From: an uncultured delta proteobacterium | Lineage (GTDB): Bacteria > Myxococcota_A > Polyangia > Polyangiales > Polyangiaceae | Assembly: GCA_963841435.1 (NCBI GenBank) | Contig: CAWJCS010000005.1 | Coordinates: 896,001 to 960,000, forward strand | Direction of reading: 5' to 3' | DNA length: 64,000 nucleotides | Shown here: in pieces, positions 59,893 to 64,000 of the stretch | How positions within the stretch are numbered: position 1 is the first letter of the stretch | Layout of the letters: every line of letters starts with the position of its first letter | Notes under the pieces: generated by a model | Told to the model about the DNA's origin: nothing | The model's database searches: none | What the model saw: the letters and a program-made list of their open reading frames with translations, nothing else | Translations under genes and position numbers: made by a program

Positions 59893-61543
59893 GCATGTAA
59901 CCCATGAGCGAGCGCAGCGTGTCGGTATCGCGGTCGAAGTCCTGCCAGTCGAAGTCGGCGGCCCAGAAGCGCCCGCGCCCGACGTTGCGATAGCCGAGGC
60001 CCGCGTGGTTCGCGTCCCAGCCCGCGAGGGGCGTGATGAACGGATACCCGCTCACGGAGAAGCCACAACCGCTTTCGGACTGGGTGATCGCCACGAATGG
60101 GTTGTCGATCCAAAACCGGTCCATCGGCGAGAACTGGACGACTGTCGGGACGTTGTCGAGACACCCGCCGAGCTCGATGGCGCTCGGTACGATGTCCGGA
60201 AACACCACGTTCCAGAGGGCCGCACTGACGCTGTACTCCGTGATCACGATGCCGCCGCCCTGCAGATAGCCGCGCAGGGTGCTCGACACCGCGCTTGCCC
60301 CGTAGCGGGTCACCATCAGCGCCTGGGTGTCGTTCGTCGGCGCGCACCCCGAAAGCAGCGCGAGATTCGCGCCCGCGGGAAAGAACGTCCTCACGTCGCG
60401 GTCGGACGTGCCGCACAGCATGACGTTCGGTCGGAGCGAGGCATCGATGGGCGCGCCCGTGCACGCGAGGTCGCCCGCGGCGGTGCAGGAGCTGTCGAGG
60501 CCGTAGTCCTGCGGGCCCTCGACCTGTGCGCACACCGACAGGACCTGTTCGGCGCCCCCCGGGTAGAAGAGCGCCTGCCGCAGGCCGCTCGTGAGCAAGG
60601 TGAACGACCGAGCACCCTCGTAGCCGCCGAGCTGGCACCACCAATCGGGGAATTCGTCCGTGTTGCTCGAGCAGTCCCCACCCGCGAACGCGTCGGGAAC
60701 GTCTTTGCCGCACACGGTCGAGAGCAGGCAGCTCCCGTCGAGCTGCGGCTCGTCGTTGCCTCGGCACTGACAGTACGGAAGCGACCAGCCTGCGGGACAG
60801 CTGCAGGTCGGCACGTCGGAGACCAGCGAGCAGGTGCCACCGTTGAGACACGGGTTCGGGTCACCGCAGTCGCCGACCGCCGTTTCGCAGAGCGCGCCCG
60901 TGTAGCCGGCCGGGCAGGCACAGCTGAAGTTCTGTCCGGAGCCGCTGCAAATGCCGCTGTTCTTGCAGGGGTTCGGGCTACACGGATCGTCGACGTTCTG
61001 GCAATCGTGTCCGGAGAAACCGGACGGGCACAGGCAGTCGTACCCGTCAACGCGGTCGACGCACGCGCCGCCGTTCTTGCACGGCATGGAGGCGCAATCG
61101 TCGATGTCCCTTTCGCAGTACGTGCCCGCGTAGCCCGGGTCGCACACGCACTCGAACCGAGCGACCTGGTCCACGCACTTGCCGTTCCTGCACGGGTTGC
61201 CGGCGCACTCGTCGATGTCAACGCTGCAGTCGAACCCCTCGTAACCGGCGGGGCAGCTGCAATAATACCCTCCGGGATAGCTCACGCAGACGCCGGAATT
61301 CGCGCAGGGGCTCGGGTCGCAGAAGATCGCGCCGCCCGTGCCGGCGGGGCCGCCGCCGGCTCCCGCCTGGATGGAGCCGCCCGCGCCGCCGCTGTTGCCA
61401 CCGCTGCCACCACCACCCTTGCCGCCGATCCCGCCGGTGCCCGCGCCAGCCGTGCCCGCGCTCTCCTCCTCGAGCTGGAGCAGCGTCGTGCGTCCGCCGA
61501 GGCAGCCCGAATAAAAGAGCAGCGACAGCGCGCCGATCCGCAC
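59876..61543 (-). CDS. Lipoprotein with tandem Ca-binding EGF-like repeats
   Basis: Five repeats such as DIDECAGNPCRNGKCVDQVARFECVCDPGYAGTYC. Confidence 0.88.
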   Translation of the reverse strand: MRIGALSLLFYSGCLGGRTTLLQLEEESAGTAGAGTGGIGGKGGGGSGGNSGGAGGSIQAGAGGGPAGTGGAIFCDPSPCANSGVCVSYPGGYYCSCPAGYEGFDCSVDIDECAGNPCRNGKCVDQVARFECVCDPGYAGTYCERDIDDCASMPCKNGGACVDRVDGYDCLCPSGFSGHDCQNVDDPCSPNPCKNSGICSGSGQNFSCACPAGYTGALCETAVGDCGDPNPCLNGGTCSLVSDVPTCSCPAGWSLPYCQCRGNDEPQLDGSCLLSTVCGKDVPDAFAGGDCSSNTDEFPDWWCQLGGYEGARSFTLLTSGLRQALFYPGGAEQVLSVCAQVEGPQDYGLDSSCTAAGDLACTGAPIDASLRPNVMLCGTSDRDVRTFFPAGANLALLSGCAPTNDTQALMVTRYGASAVSSTLRGYLQGGGIVITEYSVSAALWNVVFPDIVPSAIELGGCLDNVPTVVQFSPMDRFWIDNPFVAITQSESGCGFSVSGYPFITPLAGWDANHAGLGYRNVGRGRFWAADFDWQDFDRDTDTLRSLMGYMLTHRR

Positions 61544-61668
61544 CAAACCGGACCACGCCGAGTCCGAACCAAGGTCCCTTCGGGACCGAAACGAGCCTCC
61601 CACAGCCCGTTTAGCCTCCTCGTGCCCCAGCGCCCTGTCAAGGGCCGACCTCGCCCGCCCGGTGTTCG

Positions 61669-62796
61669 TCAGAAGGTGTCGCTGGGCGCCGGGGCGAGAC
61701 CCGTGGCTTCGAGGTGGTAGGTGAAGCCGAAGACGAGCGTCGTCGCGACGTCGCCTGCGACGATGCGGCGAAGCGCCACGTTGACGTCGAAGGCGCGGTC
61801 GATGTACCCGAGGCCCCCGGACAGCGCGTGGGTCTTCTGGCCCGCGTCGTAGCGATACCCGAGCCGCGCGGCGACGTGATCGGCGAACAGCCCCTCGAGA
61901 CCGAGCATCGGGCGCACCGTCGTTCGGTCCCAGGTCGTGAAATCGCCGACGATGTCCGCCTCGGCGCTGTAGTCACCGAACAGGAGACCGATGCCGCCGC
62001 TCACGCTCGTGGGCTGGAAGCCCGTGTCGGGGTTGTTGAGATTGTTTCCCACGACGGAAAGCGCCACGTGCTTGCCGGCTTGAACCGTCGCGCCGGCGTC
62101 GAGCGCGAAGCCCTTGACAATGCGCGTATCGGGGAGCCCGCTCGACGCCGCGCTCGCGCCGAGGGGTCCGGCGCCGTTCTCGTTGAGCCACATGTAGCGA
62201 CCGCCGATGCCCATGAAGAACTCATCGGCGACGGGATACGCGAGCGCGAAGCGCAGATCGGTCCAGCGCCGATCGATGCCGTCGGTGTCCTGGAAGTTGT
62301 AGGTGGCGCCGACACCGCCCGCGACGCGCGCGCTGGAAACCAGTGAATCGACCGCAGCGGCGCCGTAGCTCTGGCGGCTCGCTTCGGGTCCGATGTTGGC
62401 GAACGCGCCCACGTGATAGACACGTGCCGCCGTGAGGTTCGCCGGGTTCACGAACAGCGCGTGCACCGAGCTGCTGAGCGCGCGCACGGCACCCCCCGTC
62501 CCGGCGATGCGCGGCGTCTCGACCTCGTCGTAGTTGTACCCGACCTCGGGCGGCAGGTCGCTCGGTGCGGCGAACGAAAGCGAGGTTTCGCAGACGACGG
62601 CCGCGAGCCCGAGCCCGATCGTGACGAGCCGTCGCGCCGGACGCGCGAAGCCGCGAGCGCACGACGCTCGTTTCGATCCTGGGATCACCCGGCGAGCGGT
62701 AGCGCCATCGGCGGGCCTTGGGCAAGAAAACGGACGATGGCGCGTAACGGCCGTTCGGCCTGTGAAGGATTCTCGGAACACCCCTTGACGCCGCAA
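61669..62796 (-). CDS. Outer-membrane beta-barrel (PorV/FadL-like); start uncertain
   Basis: GTGGAVRA...ALFVNPANL N-terminal motif; amphipathic strands. Confidence 0.7.
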   Translation of the reverse strand: MRRQGVFRESFTGRTAVTRHRPFSCPRPADGATARRVIPGSKRASCARGFARPARRLVTIGLGLAAVVCETSLSFAAPSDLPPEVGYNYDEVETPRIAGTGGAVRALSSSVHALFVNPANLTAARVYHVGAFANIGPEASRQSYGAAAVDSLVSSARVAGGVGATYNFQDTDGIDRRWTDLRFALAYPVADEFFMGIGGRYMWLNENGAGPLGASAASSGLPDTRIVKGFALDAGATVQAGKHVALSVVGNNLNNPDTGFQPTSVSGGIGLLFGDYSAEADIVGDFTTWDRTTVRPMLGLEGLFADHVAARLGYRYDAGQKTHALSGGLGYIDRAFDVNVALRRIVAGDVATTLVFGFTYHLEATGLAPAPSDTF

Positions 62797-63110
62797 ACAG
62801 CGGTTCTTGATGCCGCGCGCGTGTGGCAGCGCTGGGGCGCGAACGAATTGGTGACGGAGTCTGGGAGGTTACTGATCGCGCTCGGCATGCACCGTTTGCA
62901 AACCGTGGTGGTAGGCGATCGTGCTGCTCAGGATCCGGCGTCAATGTCGCGGCGTCGTCAGCGTGTGCATTGACCCATTGAACTTCCAACGAGGTCGGTG
63001 GTAGGCGCGCCTATGGTTGACGTTCGGACCGTGCGCGAGGCGAAGGCCGGAAGCTTCCAACCGAGTCCTAACGTCTGGTGGACTTGTCTTGAAAGCGTGC
63101 GAAACTTTTG

Positions 63111-63132
63111 CTCTCCACAGCCCTGTGGACAA
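63111..63132. promoter_or_regulatory. Pair of DnaA-box-like sites upstream of dnaA
   Basis: CTCTCCACA (63111-63119) and TGTGGACAA (= TTGTCCACA on minus strand, 63124-63132). Confidence 0.6.
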
Positions 63133-63144
63133 GATGGGGACTCG

Positions 63145-64000
63145 ATGAGCGTGACGCCCGAACGACCTCTCGTGCCCATGGACGCCGCACGCCAGGTTCA
63201 AAAAGCCTTCGCCGCGGCCGCGGAACAGACCCGTCGTCGCTCACCCGCGTCGTTCGATCAGTGGTTCTCGGGCGTTCAGCTCGACGGCGTCGATGGCAAG
63301 GTCCTCTTGCTCAGCGCGCGCGACGAGTTCGTGAGGGACTGGGTCCGCGACCACTTCCTCCCGGACCTGCTCGAGACCCTGCGCGCCCTGCTCGGGGAAG
63401 ACGGCGGCGCCCTCGACGTGCGCTGGCGCATCGCGCCCGATTCTCACGAGCCCGGTGAGCGCCGGGCGCCGGGCGACCCCGCCGCCGAGCGAGCTCAGGC
63501 GCTCGTCGCGTCCCCCCGAGCCCATCGGCCGGCCCCGCTCGGTGGCACCGGCGCGCGGCAACCTCGCCGAGGCGCTCAATCCCAAGCACACCTTCACGAA
63601 CTTCGTCGTCGGGCCCTCGAACGAGCTCGCCTACGCGGCCGCCCTCGCGTCCGCGGCCGGCGGGCGGCCCCGCTACAATCCGCTGTTCATCGCCGGCGGC
63701 ACCGGCCTCGGCAAGACGCACCTGATGCACGCCATCGCGCACCAGGTGCTGTCCGACCGACCCGAGACCCGCGTCGTGTACCTCTCGGCCGAGCACTTCA
63801 CGAACGCGTTCATCGAGGCGCTCCAGCACCACAAGATGGATGAGTTCCGGGCACGCTACCGCGCCCAGTGCGACCTCTTGCTCGTCGACGACATCCAGTT
63901 TCTCGCCGGGCGCGAGCAGACGCAGGAAGAGTTCTTCCACACCTTCAACGCCCTGCATGACGCCGATCGCCTCATCGTCGTGACGAGCGACAAGTATCCC
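63145..64000 (+). CDS. dnaA: Replication initiator DnaA (3'-partial; 1-bp frameshift near 63441)
   Basis: SFDQWF..FVRDWV domain I; in the next frame [50 protein letters not shown]. Confidence 0.95.

Noticed and set aside
63430-63575. Programmed frameshift in dnaA
   Set aside because: No slippery sequence; a single-base sequencing error is simpler

Overview
High-GC bacterial DNA, probably Myxococcota/Polyangiales (inferred from Gly/Cys-rich lipoproteins and an EGF-repeat protein). Positions ~0.8-18 kb are a nested pile of mobile elements: an IS91/ISCR remnant, an intact IS66 with 8-bp target duplication inside an older IS66, a 3-gene DDE/ExeA transposon, and IS21, IS4 and IS3 elements. Positions 18-26 kb hold an Rhs polymorphic toxin locus with two orphan toxin/immunity modules. 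Positions 26-40 kb are a patchwork of gene fragments, attC-bounded toxin-antitoxin cassettes with no integrase in view, REP-like repeats and tRNA-Gln. Positions 41-64 kb look like ordinary chromosome (glycosylation cluster, glycoside hydrolases, hemE, ccmE, start of dnaA). The most striking unexplained signal is two families of non-coding elements. (1) A ~92-105 bp element (CAGSGGYCC(C)GGCCCGC...TTTG-n5-CCTAT) occurs 4 times, always fused to a truncated gene, and its 3' end resembles the IS91/ISCR oriIS. (2) A ~165 bp hairpin element is joined at the identical nucleotide to both orphan Rhs cores and resembles the region upstream of the IS91 transposase. Together they suggest rolling-circle-driven capture and shuffling of Rhs toxin tips; this is a hypothesis. 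Several 1-bp frameshifts, including one in dnaA, are probably sequencing errors.
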